Below are positions 48,975 through 58,432 of a DNA stretch of 64,000 bases, piece by piece (the stretch's first letter is position 1; each line of letters starts with the position of its first letter). Location of the stretch: the NCBI GenBank assembly GCA_020723005.1, contig DYJS01000001.1, forward strand, positions 25,951 through 89,950, written 5' to 3'. Source of the DNA: Candidatus Methylomirabilis sp. (GTDB lineage Bacteria > Patescibacteriota > DYJS01). The translations under genes were made by a program, and so were the position numbers. The notes under the pieces are model-generated. The model was not told where the DNA came from. It saw only the letters and a list, made by a program, of their open reading frames with translations, and made no database searches.

Positions 48975-49538
48975 ATGAATGCAAATTTTTTGGAAAAAGA
49001 AGTTCTGAAAAAAGCAAAAGATGGAGATGATTCAGCTTTTGAAATTATTATTCGAGAGTTTGAAAGAAAAATTGTTCGTTTTGCATATGGAATGGTTGGA
49101 AATTCTTTTGATGCAGAAGATTTGGCACAAGAGATTTTTGTAAAAGTGTATTTTGGAATCAAAAATTTTGATTTTTCTAAACCTTTTGAACCATGGCTAT
49201 ATGCAATTGCCAGAAATCATATCAGAAGTTTTTTATCATCAAAAAGGGGTGTTTTTGTTTCACTAGAAAAAATTTTGGGAACATTAGAAGAGAAAGCAAT
49301 AGAATCTGAAGATGATATTGAAAAAGTTGATCCTGAATTGAGGATTGCGATGGAGAAATTAAAAACAATTGATAGAGAGATAATTTCTCTCAAATATATC
49401 TCTGAATTGAAGCTTGAAGAGATTGCAGAAAGATTGAAATTGCCTCTTTCAACGGTTAAAACAAAACTTCGGAGAGGATTGAAAAAGCTGGAAAATGATC
49501 TAAATTTGGAAAAATTAAATTTAAGTTTTTTAGAATGA
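48975..49538 (+). CDS. ECF-type RNA polymerase sigma factor (sigma-70 regions 2 and 4)
   Basis: Region 2 (FEIIIREFERKIVRFAYGMVGNSFDAEDLAQEIFVKVY...PWLYAIARNHIRS) and region 4 HTH (EIAERLKLPLSTVKTKLRRG). Confidence 0.8.
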   Translation: MNANFLEKEVLKKAKDGDDSAFEIIIREFERKIVRFAYGMVGNSFDAEDLAQEIFVKVYFGIKNFDFSKPFEPWLYAIARNHIRSFLSSKRGVFVSLEKILGTLEEKAIESEDDIEKVDPELRIAMEKLKTIDREIISLKYISELKLEEIAERLKLPLSTVKTKLRRGLKKLENDLNLEKLNLSFLE

Positions 49539-49885
49539 ACATTGAGGAAAGATTAAAAAATTTGTCTCAACAAAAAAAAGATTCTCAAAACTTTATTTTG
49601 AATGTTTTTGAAAAAATTTACGAGGAGAAAAGAAGAAGAGAATTTTTGAAACCTTTTAAAATTTTAGCTACTTTTTCAGTAATTTTTTCACTTCTTCTTG
49701 GTTTTTTTTATAGTGTAATAAATTTTTCTGGTTCAACAAGTTTTGAGACACTCGTATATTCTTTGAATAATCAAATTTTTAATTCAGGAATTGTAGGTTC
49801 GTTGTTTGATGGAATTTTATTTTTTTCATTTTTATTAGTGCCAATTTTTTCATTTCCATTTTTAAAATTAAAAAATGCAAGATAG
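49535..49885 (+). CDS. Putative membrane anti-sigma factor
   Basis: The start overlaps the sigma stop (ATGA). It has a cytoplasmic N-terminus, then a single TM. This is the typical genetic position of an anti-sigma factor. Confidence 0.45.
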   Translation: MNIEERLKNLSQQKKDSQNFILNVFEKIYEEKRRREFLKPFKILATFSVIFSLLLGFFYSVINFSGSTSFETLVYSLNNQIFNSGIVGSLFDGILFFSFLLVPIFSFPFLKLKNAR

Positions 49886-50315
49886 TAAAAAATTATATTG
49901 GATTTTTGGAATTCTTCTCAGCATAAATTTTTTATTGGCTGGATTTTTCATTGGATCTTTTTATGAAAAATCAGTTGAAAATGAAAAAATTCAAAAATTA
50001 GAAGAGGAGAATAATTCGCTTGTAAAATTTGCAGGGAAAGAATTTTTGGATTCAGAAAGTTGGAGAAATTTACCAAATCCGCGAGAAAACTTTGCAAATA
50101 ATTTTTTGTCTGAAAGGGGTTTGGTTGGAAAAATTTTGCAAAAAAAAGATCTTTTTGGAGTTTTAAAAACAAAAGCAGGTTTAGTTAGAATCTCTTTTAA
50201 AGATAAGGATTTATTAGAAAATTTTGAGATTGGAGATAAAGTTATAGTTTTTGGGGAATTAAAAAATGAAAATTTCGGAAAAGTGATCATAGTTAACAAA
50301 ATTGAAAAGGTTTAA
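49875..50315 (+). CDS. Membrane-anchored hypothetical protein, third gene of the sigma/anti-sigma module
   Basis: An 11-nt overlap joins it to the previous gene. N-terminal TM, then a soluble domain ending ...DKVIVFGELKNENFGKVIIVNKIEKV. Confidence 0.4.
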   Translation: MQDSKKLYWIFGILLSINFLLAGFFIGSFYEKSVENEKIQKLEEENNSLVKFAGKEFLDSESWRNLPNPRENFANNFLSERGLVGKILQKKDLFGVLKTKAGLVRISFKDKDLLENFEIGDKVIVFGELKNENFGKVIIVNKIEKV

Positions 50316-50402
50316 TTTTAAAATTTTTTATCTTAAAAATTATTCTTTTAAAAATTTACTTTAATTTAAAAAATTTTAACTTCAATTTGGAAATTAAAAT
50401 TT

Positions 50403-51764
50403 ATGATTCCAAAAGTTGCAATTGTTGGGAGACCAAATACAGGAAAATCAACATTTTTTAACAGAATTCTTGGTTCAAGAATTGCAATCACATCTGAATT
50501 TTCTGGAACAACAAGAGATAAAGTTTATGAAAATGTTTCTTGGAAAGGTGTTGATTTTCAATTGATAGATACTGGTGGAATTGAACTTTTGGATCCAAGC
50601 ACGGAAGAAGGGGATCTTCAAAGTTTGGTTCAAAATGAAGTTTGGTTTGCTATTGATGAGGCTGACATAATTGTTTTTTTAATAGATTTTAGACAAGAAT
50701 TAACAAAAATTGATCTTGATGTTGCTCAAAAACTGAAAAAATCAAAAAAACCAGTTGTTCTTGTTTTAAATAAGGTTGATGAAGAAACTGAAGAGATTCA
50801 AATCGAATCAGCAAACTTTCTTTCTCTTGGTCTTGGGACACCTTTTTTAGTTTCTGCACTCCATGGAAATGGAATTTCAGATTTTTTAGATTTTCTTGTA
50901 GATACAATTCGTCAAGAAATTGAAATTTTAGAAAAAATTGAAATAAATGAGAATTTTACAAAAATTGCAATTTTAGGCCGTCCTAATGCAGGAAAATCAA
51001 CACTTTTTAATCAATTTTCAGAAAATTTTAAATCAATCGTAAATCTTTTACCGGGGACAACGAGAGATCCAATTTGGGGAAATTTTACTTATAAAAATGA
51101 AAATTTTAAAATTTGGGATACGGCAGGAATCAGAAAAAGGGGGAATGTTACAGCTGGAGTTGAATATTATTCTGTTACAAGAGCTTTGCAAATTGTTGAA
51201 GTTGTAGATATTGTAATTTTAGTTCTTGATGGATCTGAAGGAAAGCTTTCAAAGCAAGATTTGGAACTTCTTCACTATGCCGACAGGTTTGGGAAAGGAG
51301 TTTTGATTTTTGTGAATAAATGGGATGAAATTGAAGCTCAAAAAGAGAAATTTGGAAAATCTATAAAAACTTTTTTAACAGAAAAGCTGGAAAATGAATT
51401 TTATTGGACGACAACAATTTTTGGATCTGCAAAAACTGGAAAAAATTTACAAAAAATTTTGGATGAAATTTTAGAAATTATAAAAAGTAGAAATCTCGTG
51501 GTTGATAAAGAGAAATTGAATGAATGGTTTGAAGAGATAAAAACTCAAAAATATCCAACTCGTCGTGTTGGAATTGGTTCAACAAGACTTCTTAAAATTA
51601 GACAAAAATTTTCTAACCCACCATGTTTTGAAGTTTTAGTTAATAAAAAACTTTATTTTGGAGAGGATTTTGAGAGGTTTTTTAAAAGAAAAATTCGTGA
51701 AAAATTTGGATTTGAAGGAACATCAATCTATATTGACATAGAGGAAAGTGGATCAAAAAGTTAA
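50403..51764 (+). CDS. der: Ribosome-biogenesis GTPase Der (EngA)
   Basis: Two GTPase domains (VAIVGRPNTGKSTFFN and IAILGRPNAGKSTLFN) plus a C-terminal KH-like domain. Confidence 0.9.
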   Translation: MIPKVAIVGRPNTGKSTFFNRILGSRIAITSEFSGTTRDKVYENVSWKGVDFQLIDTGGIELLDPSTEEGDLQSLVQNEVWFAIDEADIIVFLIDFRQELTKIDLDVAQKLKKSKKPVVLVLNKVDEETEEIQIESANFLSLGLGTPFLVSALHGNGISDFLDFLVDTIRQEIEILEKIEINENFTKIAILGRPNAGKSTLFNQFSENFKSIVNLLPGTTRDPIWGNFTYKNENFKIWDTAGIRKRGNVTAGVEYYSVTRALQIVEVVDIVILVLDGSEGKLSKQDLELLHYADRFGKGVLIFVNKWDEIEAQKEKFGKSIKTFLTEKLENEFYWTTTIFGSAKTGKNLQKILDEILEIIKSRNLVVDKEKLNEWFEEIKTQKYPTRRVGIGSTRLLKIRQKFSNPPCFEVLVNKKLYFGEDFERFFKRKIREKFGFEGTSIYIDIEESGSKS

Positions 51765-51793
51765 AAATTTTTTTAAAATAAAAAATTTTGGTT

Positions 51794-52954
51794 TTATTCT
51801 TTTTTGTATCTACTTAAATTAAGCAAAACTCCACTAGCAAACATTAAAACAGACAGCGAAGAGCCTCCATAACTGATAAAAGGAAGAGGAACTCCAGTCA
51901 TCGGAATAAGATTTGTAAAAGATGCAATGTTAATAAAGGTCTGAATTCCAATCCAAGATGTGATTCCTAGTGCAATTAACATAAAAAATTTATTTTCTAT
52001 TTTTTTTGCAATGTCAATTCCTCTCCAAATATAAATTCCATAGATTAGTAAAATAATTGCAACAGATTTTATAAAACCAAATTCTTCTCCAATAATTGTG
52101 AAAATTCCATCAGAAAATGCTTCTGGGATAAAAAAAGCTTGCTTACTTCTTCCAACACCAATTCCGTTTATTCCTCCAGAACCAATTGCAAGAAGTGATT
52201 GATAAATTTGATGTCCGTCTCCAGTTGGGTCTTCTGTTGGGTTTGTCCAAACTTGAAATCTTTTTAATCGATAATCATTTTCAGAGTGTAAAATTGTATA
52301 ATATAAAGCAAGTCCAGCTAAACTAGCCATAAATGCTAGGTGAGAGAGATTTGCTCCAGAAACAAAAAAAATAATTACAGAGACTGCAAAAACAACAACT
52401 AAAGTTCCAAGATCTGGTTGTTTTATTATCAAAAAACTTAACATTCCAAGAAGAATTAAAAAAGGAACAAAACCAAAAGAAAAGCTTTTTACATCTTTTC
52501 CCTTTGAATCAAGCCAAGTTGCAAGATAAATTATTACAATAAATTTTCCAATTTCAGAAGGTTGAAATGTTAAAAAACCTAAATTGACCCATCTGAAAGC
52601 TGTTGTGTTTAAATTTGTTCCAAGTGGAGAAAAAACAACAAGAAAAAGTGTAAAAATTAGTCCAAAAAAAGCAGGAAGTGCAATTTTTTTATAAAATTTT
52701 ATTGGGAAAAAAAATCCAAAAAAAAGCCCAATCCATCCAATAAAAGTTGATTTTAGCTGTTTTATAAAGAAAAAATATGGTGATGAAATATCTCCATTTT
52801 CTACTAAACTTTGTGCATGTGGCAAAGAGCTGGAAAGAACGAATACAAGTCCTAAAACATTCAAAACTAAAATTGCAAAAAGCAAAATTTTATCAAAAGA
52901 AGATCTTTTTTCAATCACATCTTCTTTTTTTAATCTTTCAAGCAAATTAGACAT
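51794..52954 (-). CDS. ftsW: SEDS-family peptidoglycan glycosyltransferase (FtsW/RodA)
   Basis: About 10 TM segments. Conserved loop ...RFQVWTNPTEDPTGDGHQIYQSLLAIGSGGINGIGVGRS... Confidence 0.85.
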   Translation of the reverse strand: MSNLLERLKKEDVIEKRSSFDKILLFAILVLNVLGLVFVLSSSLPHAQSLVENGDISSPYFFFIKQLKSTFIGWIGLFFGFFFPIKFYKKIALPAFFGLIFTLFLVVFSPLGTNLNTTAFRWVNLGFLTFQPSEIGKFIVIIYLATWLDSKGKDVKSFSFGFVPFLILLGMLSFLIIKQPDLGTLVVVFAVSVIIFFVSGANLSHLAFMASLAGLALYYTILHSENDYRLKRFQVWTNPTEDPTGDGHQIYQSLLAIGSGGINGIGVGRSKQAFFIPEAFSDGIFTIIGEEFGFIKSVAIILLIYGIYIWRGIDIAKKIENKFFMLIALGITSWIGIQTFINIASFTNLIPMTGVPLPFISYGGSSLSVLMFASGVLLNLSRYKKE

Positions 52955-52983
52955 AAAGTAAAGTTTAGGAAATTTTCATTAAA

Positions 52984-53538
52984 TTATATTTCATATAAAA
53001 AAACACGAGTTCCAATTTCATCTTTTGGAAGTTCTTTTATTAGTTTTAAACCATCTATTGGAAAAGCATGACTTAAAATTTTTGTTCCAGTTTTTAACTC
53101 TGATTTTAGTTTTTTAAGAACTTTTGGCATAGCATTTGGCATCAGATAAATCACAACCCAGTCAGCATTACTTAAATCTTTATCAAAAAAATTTGCTCTT
53201 TCAAATTTTATTCTTGGAAAAATTTTCTCTTTTTTTGCTAATTTGTTTGAGAGAATTGGAAGCCACCAGATCCATTCGTAACCAATTCCTGTGATGTTTG
53301 TAAATTTTTTTCCAGCAGTTCTTAAAAACCTTCCATCTCCAGAACCGAGTTCAATAATATGATCTCCATCTTTAAAATTTGTAAGTTTTAAAAGTTTCTC
53401 AACCATTTTTTGACTTGTTGGAACAAAAGGTGCCTGCATAAAAATTCCAACAAAATAAAAAGGAAGTGTAGAAATTGTTATAAAAATAAAAATTCCTATT
53501 AAAATATAAACGAAGAAGATTTTAAAAAACATTTCCAT
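52984..53538 (-). CDS. Class I SAM-dependent methyltransferase with an N-terminal TM helix
   Basis: Motif I IIELGSGDGRF, plus ...VVIYLMP... Confidence 0.6.
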   Translation of the reverse strand: MEMFFKIFFVYILIGIFIFITISTLPFYFVGIFMQAPFVPTSQKMVEKLLKLTNFKDGDHIIELGSGDGRFLRTAGKKFTNITGIGYEWIWWLPILSNKLAKKEKIFPRIKFERANFFDKDLSNADWVVIYLMPNAMPKVLKKLKSELKTGTKILSHAFPIDGLKLIKELPKDEIGTRVFLYEI

Positions 53539-53803
53539 CTCTTCTAATTTTAATTATAATTTTTTTAATCTCTAAAATCTCTTTTAGGATATCTTTCTGA
53601 ATATTTTGAAGAAAAGTGAGGTTTTTTGAATTTGGCAACTCAATATGCATATTTCCATTCATAAAAGAACTAACTTTAAAATCTTCTTTTTTCAAGAATT
53701 TTAGCAAAAAATCTTCTGTTTTTTTACAAATACGAAATGCAACTATTTTTTTAAAATCTAGTTTCTTTCCTAAATCAGAGAAAAAATTTGAAATTTGTTT
53801 CAT
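53522..53803 (-). CDS. Hypothetical small protein overlapping the downstream methyltransferase by 17 nt
   Basis: 93-aa ORF overlapping the next gene as in an operon. No family recognised. Confidence 0.3.
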   Translation of the reverse strand: MKQISNFFSDLGKKLDFKKIVAFRICKKTEDFLLKFLKKEDFKVSSFMNGNMHIELPNSKNLTFLQNIQKDILKEILEIKKIIIKIRRDGNVF

Positions 53804-53840
53804 AAAAACAAAATTAATTTTTTAAATTTTTATTAAAAAA

Positions 53841-54965
53841 TTATTTAAGAAGATTTTGTTTGTTTGAATTTTGTAAAAGGCTTTGAATTTCTTCCAAAAA
53901 AATTCTTGGACCTTCTTTTACCCATTCACGAAATTCTGTTAAATCTTTTTTAACCTCTTTTGAGCTTGAAAAATTTAAAATTTTATCCAAATCATATTTT
54001 TTTGAGCATAACGCAATCCCCATAGAGTCGGCAATTTTTGATCTAAAAGCTTGTTCAAATTGTCCTTCAGTTGGAATTAACATAGTTGGTTTTTCAAAAA
54101 ACATAGATTCGCAAAAAGTTTCAAATCCACCAGAAGTAACAACAGCACGAGCATTTGCCATTAAAATTAAAAATTTTTTCTCATGTAAATAATGAAAAAT
54201 TAAATTTTTATCGTATCTCCAAAACTTATCAATTTTTTTACTATCTGTGAAGCAGTGAATTTTTATATCAGGATTTTTTTTATGCCACGATATAACATCT
54301 TCCATATAACCACTATTCATCAAATAAACAAAAATATAGTCTCCTTTTTTATGTTCTAAATCAAAAACGGATTTTCTAATGAGAGGAGGAACAACTCGCA
54401 TTTTTTTTGATTTTATATTTTCAAATTTTTTAGAGAACGAGAGTGCCCAAAATCTATTTGTAGTAATTCCAATTAAATCATTAAAAGTTTTCATTGTTTG
54501 AATTGTAAAAAACGATTTCCCTTTTTTCTCTAATTTTAAAAAGTTTTTATGAGTTAATAAAAAGTGATTTCCAACAGTTATGCTTGGTATCTTTTTTTTT
54601 GAAAAAAGTTGATATATTGAAAGTAACAAAGAATAAAAATTTATTATTATATCAGGTTTTGTTTCCTCCATAATTTTTTCAATATTTTTTGAATATTTAA
54701 AAATTAGTGGAAACTTTTTAATAATATCCTTTAAGGTTAAAAAAATTGATAATCTTTTTCCCTCTTTATAAACTAGTCCAGGTGTTTTGAGTTGATGAAT
54801 TTTTCCTTCAAATCTTTTTGAAAAATATTCTGGAATTGGTCTCTCTGTTTTGTCTGAAATCACAGCAACAATTTCATCTCCATTTGCTTCTAAAATATCT
54901 GCCATTGCAAGAGCTTGACTCATATGTCCTCTTCCTTCTGTAATAATAAAAAATGCAACTTTCAT
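53841..54965 (-). CDS. MurG-like GT28 glycosyltransferase
   Basis: The N-terminal G-loop IITEGRGHMSQALAMADIL resembles MurG's GGTGGH. The C-terminus VVTSGGFETFCESMFFEKPTMLIP resembles the MurG donor-binding region. It lies in the same strand block as ftsW. Confidence 0.6.
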   Translation of the reverse strand: MKVAFFIITEGRGHMSQALAMADILEANGDEIVAVISDKTERPIPEYFSKRFEGKIHQLKTPGLVYKEGKRLSIFLTLKDIIKKFPLIFKYSKNIEKIMEETKPDIIINFYSLLLSIYQLFSKKKIPSITVGNHFLLTHKNFLKLEKKGKSFFTIQTMKTFNDLIGITTNRFWALSFSKKFENIKSKKMRVVPPLIRKSVFDLEHKKGDYIFVYLMNSGYMEDVISWHKKNPDIKIHCFTDSKKIDKFWRYDKNLIFHYLHEKKFLILMANARAVVTSGGFETFCESMFFEKPTMLIPTEGQFEQAFRSKIADSMGIALCSKKYDLDKILNFSSSKEVKKDLTEFREWVKEGPRIFLEEIQSLLQNSNKQNLLK

Positions 54966-55104
54966 TAAGATTTAAAATTTTCAAAAAAAGATTAATGAAA
55001 AGAATTTAAAAATAAATAAATTAGATTGATTTTATTGAAAATATTAAAAAATTAGTGAAATTGTAATTTTAAAATTAAAGTAAGTAGAAAATTTTTTGCT
55101 AAAA

Positions 55105-55608
55105 TTAAATTTCAAATTTTTCAAACCCTCTTGAATATAAAAATTTTTGAATTTTTGATTTCTCTAAAGGATTTAAAGTTTTGAAAACTTCAAAACTCTC
55201 AACTCCAAATTTTTTTTGTAAAATTTCTATTATTGCTTTTTCGTTTGCTTCTTTTGTGAAAAATTTTTTTAAAATTTGATTTATTAAAAATTCTGAAACC
55301 CCTTTTGAAAATAAAAACTCTCTAGCTTTCATCTCTCCTTTTTTATTTTCCAAAAATCTTCTAGCTGAATTTTCTGCAAACCGAAGATCGTCTAAATAGT
55401 GTTTTTCTTCAAAATTTTCTAAAATCTGTTCAATTTTTTCTTTTGGAAAATTTGGAAATTTTTGAAAAATTTTAAATTTTAAATTTTGTTTTGCATAATC
55501 TCTTTTTGTTAAAAGTCGAAAAATATAGTTTTTTATCAATTTTTCTAATTCTTTTTGCGAGAGGTTTTTTTGAAAATCAGATTTTTTTGTTTGATTAAAA
55601 AATTTCAA
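55105..55608 (-). CDS. recX: RecX-family regulatory protein
   Basis: Repeated three-helix modules with the RecX-like pattern ...YLDDLRFAENSARRFLENKKGEMKAREFLFSKGVSEFLINQILKKF... Confidence 0.55.
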   Translation of the reverse strand: MKFFNQTKKSDFQKNLSQKELEKLIKNYIFRLLTKRDYAKQNLKFKIFQKFPNFPKEKIEQILENFEEKHYLDDLRFAENSARRFLENKKGEMKAREFLFSKGVSEFLINQILKKFFTKEANEKAIIEILQKKFGVESFEVFKTLNPLEKSKIQKFLYSRGFEKFEI

Positions 55609-55662
55609 ACTTGCAAATTTTCAAGATTAATCTAGACGAAACTTGTATAATTTGCAAAAAAT

Positions 55663-56040
55663 ATGGAGTTTAAAAAGTATCCAAAAAGGTTTTTAAGACA
55701 CATAATTTCTGCTCCAATAATTTATTCTATTATTTTTCCTATTTTAGTTGCAGACATCTTTGTTGAAATTTATCACAGAATCTGTTTTCCACTTTATGGA
55801 ATTCCAATTGTTGAAAGAAAAAAATATATCAGAATAGATCGACATAAACTTTCAAAACTTTCTTTTATTGAAAAACTAAATTGTGTTTATTGTCAATATG
55901 TTAACAATTGGATAAATTATGCACAAAAAATCGCTGGAGAAACAGAGAGATATTGGTGCGGAATTAAACAAAATAATCTTGAAAATTTTATCTCACCAGC
56001 TCATCAAAAAGATTTTGATGATGTAAAAAATTACGAATAA
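55663..56040 (+). CDS. Hypothetical protein with an N-terminal TM and a CxYCQ...WCG motif
   Basis: 125-aa ORF. No family recognised. Confidence 0.35.
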   Translation: MEFKKYPKRFLRHIISAPIIYSIIFPILVADIFVEIYHRICFPLYGIPIVERKKYIRIDRHKLSKLSFIEKLNCVYCQYVNNWINYAQKIAGETERYWCGIKQNNLENFISPAHQKDFDDVKNYE

Positions 56041-56109
56041 TTTTTCATTTTAAAATTTTTTGATGATTTTAAAATTTCTTCTATAAATTTTTTAAAAAAT
56101 CTTTCAAAT

Positions 56110-57246
56110 TTGCTAGATTTAAAAATTTTGATAGTTTATTTTTGTAAAATAAAATTTTTGAAAAAATTTATTAAATTATTTGCAGTTTTGTTTTTTTTTG
56201 CATTTCCAAATTTTTTAAAAAGTGAATCTCCAACAGGAATTGTTGTTTCGCCTCTCAAAATAAATTTTTCTGATGAGTTTGGAAATTTAAAAACTGGCTC
56301 TTCCTATCAATCAAAATTTGAAGTTCAAAATACAACAGATGAAGATTTAAAAATAGTTATCGTTTCTTCAGATGGAAAGATTGGCGATGCAAGAGAAAGT
56401 TGGATAAAAATTTTAGAAGAAGATCAAAATTTTACGCTTGGTTCAAAAGAAAACTCAAATTTTCAAAACTCAAAAGTTATTAATTTTGTTCTTGAAATTC
56501 CAAAAGATGCAAAAGAGTCTGCAAATGAGCTTTTAATTGTTGCAAAAACAGATTCAAAAGATTCTGGATCAATAAATTTCTCTTTTGGGGTTGGAGTAAA
56601 AATAAAATTTAATGTTTCTGATACTAAAAAAATTATATCTGATGTTTCTGAAATAAAAATTTTATCCGAAGAAAATGGAAAAAATTATGAAGTTTCTAAA
56701 AATTTAAAATTTAATTTAGGTGAAATTGATTTTTTAAAATTTAAGAGGAAAAAAGATGTAAAATTTTTAGTTTTTGGAACTTTGCAAAATAACTCAAAAC
56801 TTTTTTCATATCCAGATATAAAACTTGATTCTAGTTCAAAGGATGATTATTTTTTGTTTTCTCCAGAAGAAGAAACAAAGGAATTTGTTGAAAAAATTTC
56901 ACAAGGAAGGAGCGAAGAAGAGGTTTTTAAAATTATCTCTGAAAAATCTCAAATTAGACTTTCTGCTCCAAATCTTTTTTATTCTCCAAATTTGAATCCA
57001 CAAGAAAAGTTTTTTCTTGATCCAAAAGAGATTTACATTAAAGATTTTTCAATTTTTAAAACATACAAAATTAAGATTTTAATTTATGAAAATGGAGAAT
57101 TTGTTGGGGAAAAGGTTTTTGAAGTTAGTGAAAATCTTTGGGTAAAAATTTTGGCTATCGGATTTTTTATCTTTTTTGTAATTTTGGTAGTTTCGATTTT
57201 TTTCATAATTTTTTTCAAAATAAAGAAACGAAATGAAGAAAAATAG
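56110..57246 (+). CDS. Exported/envelope hypothetical protein with a C-terminal TM anchor
   Basis: N-terminal hydrophobic segment and a C-terminal TM plus KIKKRNEEK tail. A 14-nt overlap joins it to the downstream M23 peptidase gene. Confidence 0.45.
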   Translation: MLDLKILIVYFCKIKFLKKFIKLFAVLFFFAFPNFLKSESPTGIVVSPLKINFSDEFGNLKTGSSYQSKFEVQNTTDEDLKIVIVSSDGKIGDARESWIKILEEDQNFTLGSKENSNFQNSKVINFVLEIPKDAKESANELLIVAKTDSKDSGSINFSFGVGVKIKFNVSDTKKIISDVSEIKILSEENGKNYEVSKNLKFNLGEIDFLKFKRKKDVKFLVFGTLQNNSKLFSYPDIKLDSSSKDDYFLFSPEEETKEFVEKISQGRSEEEVFKIISEKSQIRLSAPNLFYSPNLNPQEKFFLDPKEIYIKDFSIFKTYKIKILIYENGEFVGEKVFEVSENLWVKILAIGFFIFFVILVVSIFFIIFFKIKKRNEEK

Positions 57247-58432
57247 TATAAAAAAATACCTTTTTTCTTTTCTTTTTTCCTTTTCTTTTTTCCCGAATCA
57301 GAAAATATTTTCAGAAAATAAAGAAGATTCTGAAATTGAAGATAGGAAAAAAAGACTTGAAGAGATTCAGGTTCAAATTCAAGCTATTGAAGAAGATATT
57401 TTAAAGATTTCTCAAAATAAATCTTCTGTTCAAGATGAAATTTCAATACTTGAAAAATCTATTTCAAAAACAAATTTAGATATCTCTGCAATAGAAGATA
57501 GTATTGTTTTGAAAAATTTGGAAATTTCTGATTTGCAAAAAGAGATTGATGTAAAAAATTTGGAAATTGATTCAAAAAAAGGATTTTTGAATGAAGTTGC
57601 ATATGAATTTTTAAAAATTTCAAAACCAACAACTCTTGATATTTTGCTTGGTGAAAAAAGTTTATCTGATTATTTGCGATCTAGCCAAAATTTGAAAATT
57701 TTGCAAGAAAAACTTGTTTTGATGCTTGATGCTCTTCGTTCAGAAAGAGAAGATTTGAAAAGTAAGCAGAGAAATTTGAAAATCGAGATTGATAATTTAA
57801 ACAATTTGACAGAACAACAAAAAGAGCTTCTTTTTACACTTGAGCAACAAAATTCTTCAAAGAAAATGATTCTTCAAGATCTTGCAGGCAGTGAATCTGA
57901 ATATCAAAAATTGTTAGCTGAATCTAGAATTGATTACGAAAATTTGAGAGTTGAAATTTTACAACTTGAAGAATCTAGGCTCTCTAAAAATGAAACAGAA
58001 AATTCTGGAACAAGAGATATTGATATTTCAATTTCTTGGCCTTGTGATAGTAGAAAGATTACAGCATATTTTTTAGATGAAGATTATAAAAAATATTTTG
58101 GTGTAAATCATTATGCAATAGATATCTCTCTTACACAAGGAAGTCCTGTTTATGCAGTTGCTGATGGAAAGGTTTCTAAAGTTCGTGATGCTGGAATGGG
58201 GTATAATTATTTGATGATTCAATATGACGATCAAGTTTCATCTGTTTATGGTCATGTTTCAAAGTTTAAAGTTTCTGAAGGAGAGAAAGTAACAAAGGGT
58301 CAGGTTGTTGCACTTTCTGGTGGAGCACCTGGAACACCTGGAGCTGGGAGAATGACAACTGGAGCTCATTTACATTTTGAATTGATTGTTGATGGAAAAC
58401 ATGTAAACCCACTTGTTTATTTACCAACTTGA
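57233..58432 (+). CDS. Peptidase M23 (LytM/EnvC-like) with an N-terminal coiled coil
   Basis: A long coiled-coil segment. The catalytic site appears intact: HYAIDIS...GSPVYAVADG...GHVSKF...GAHLHFEL. Confidence 0.8.
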   Translation: MKKNSIKKYLFSFLFSFSFFPNQKIFSENKEDSEIEDRKKRLEEIQVQIQAIEEDILKISQNKSSVQDEISILEKSISKTNLDISAIEDSIVLKNLEISDLQKEIDVKNLEIDSKKGFLNEVAYEFLKISKPTTLDILLGEKSLSDYLRSSQNLKILQEKLVLMLDALRSEREDLKSKQRNLKIEIDNLNNLTEQQKELLFTLEQQNSSKKMILQDLAGSESEYQKLLAESRIDYENLRVEILQLEESRLSKNETENSGTRDIDISISWPCDSRKITAYFLDEDYKKYFGVNHYAIDISLTQGSPVYAVADGKVSKVRDAGMGYNYLMIQYDDQVSSVYGHVSKFKVSEGEKVTKGQVVALSGGAPGTPGAGRMTTGAHLHFELIVDGKHVNPLVYLPT

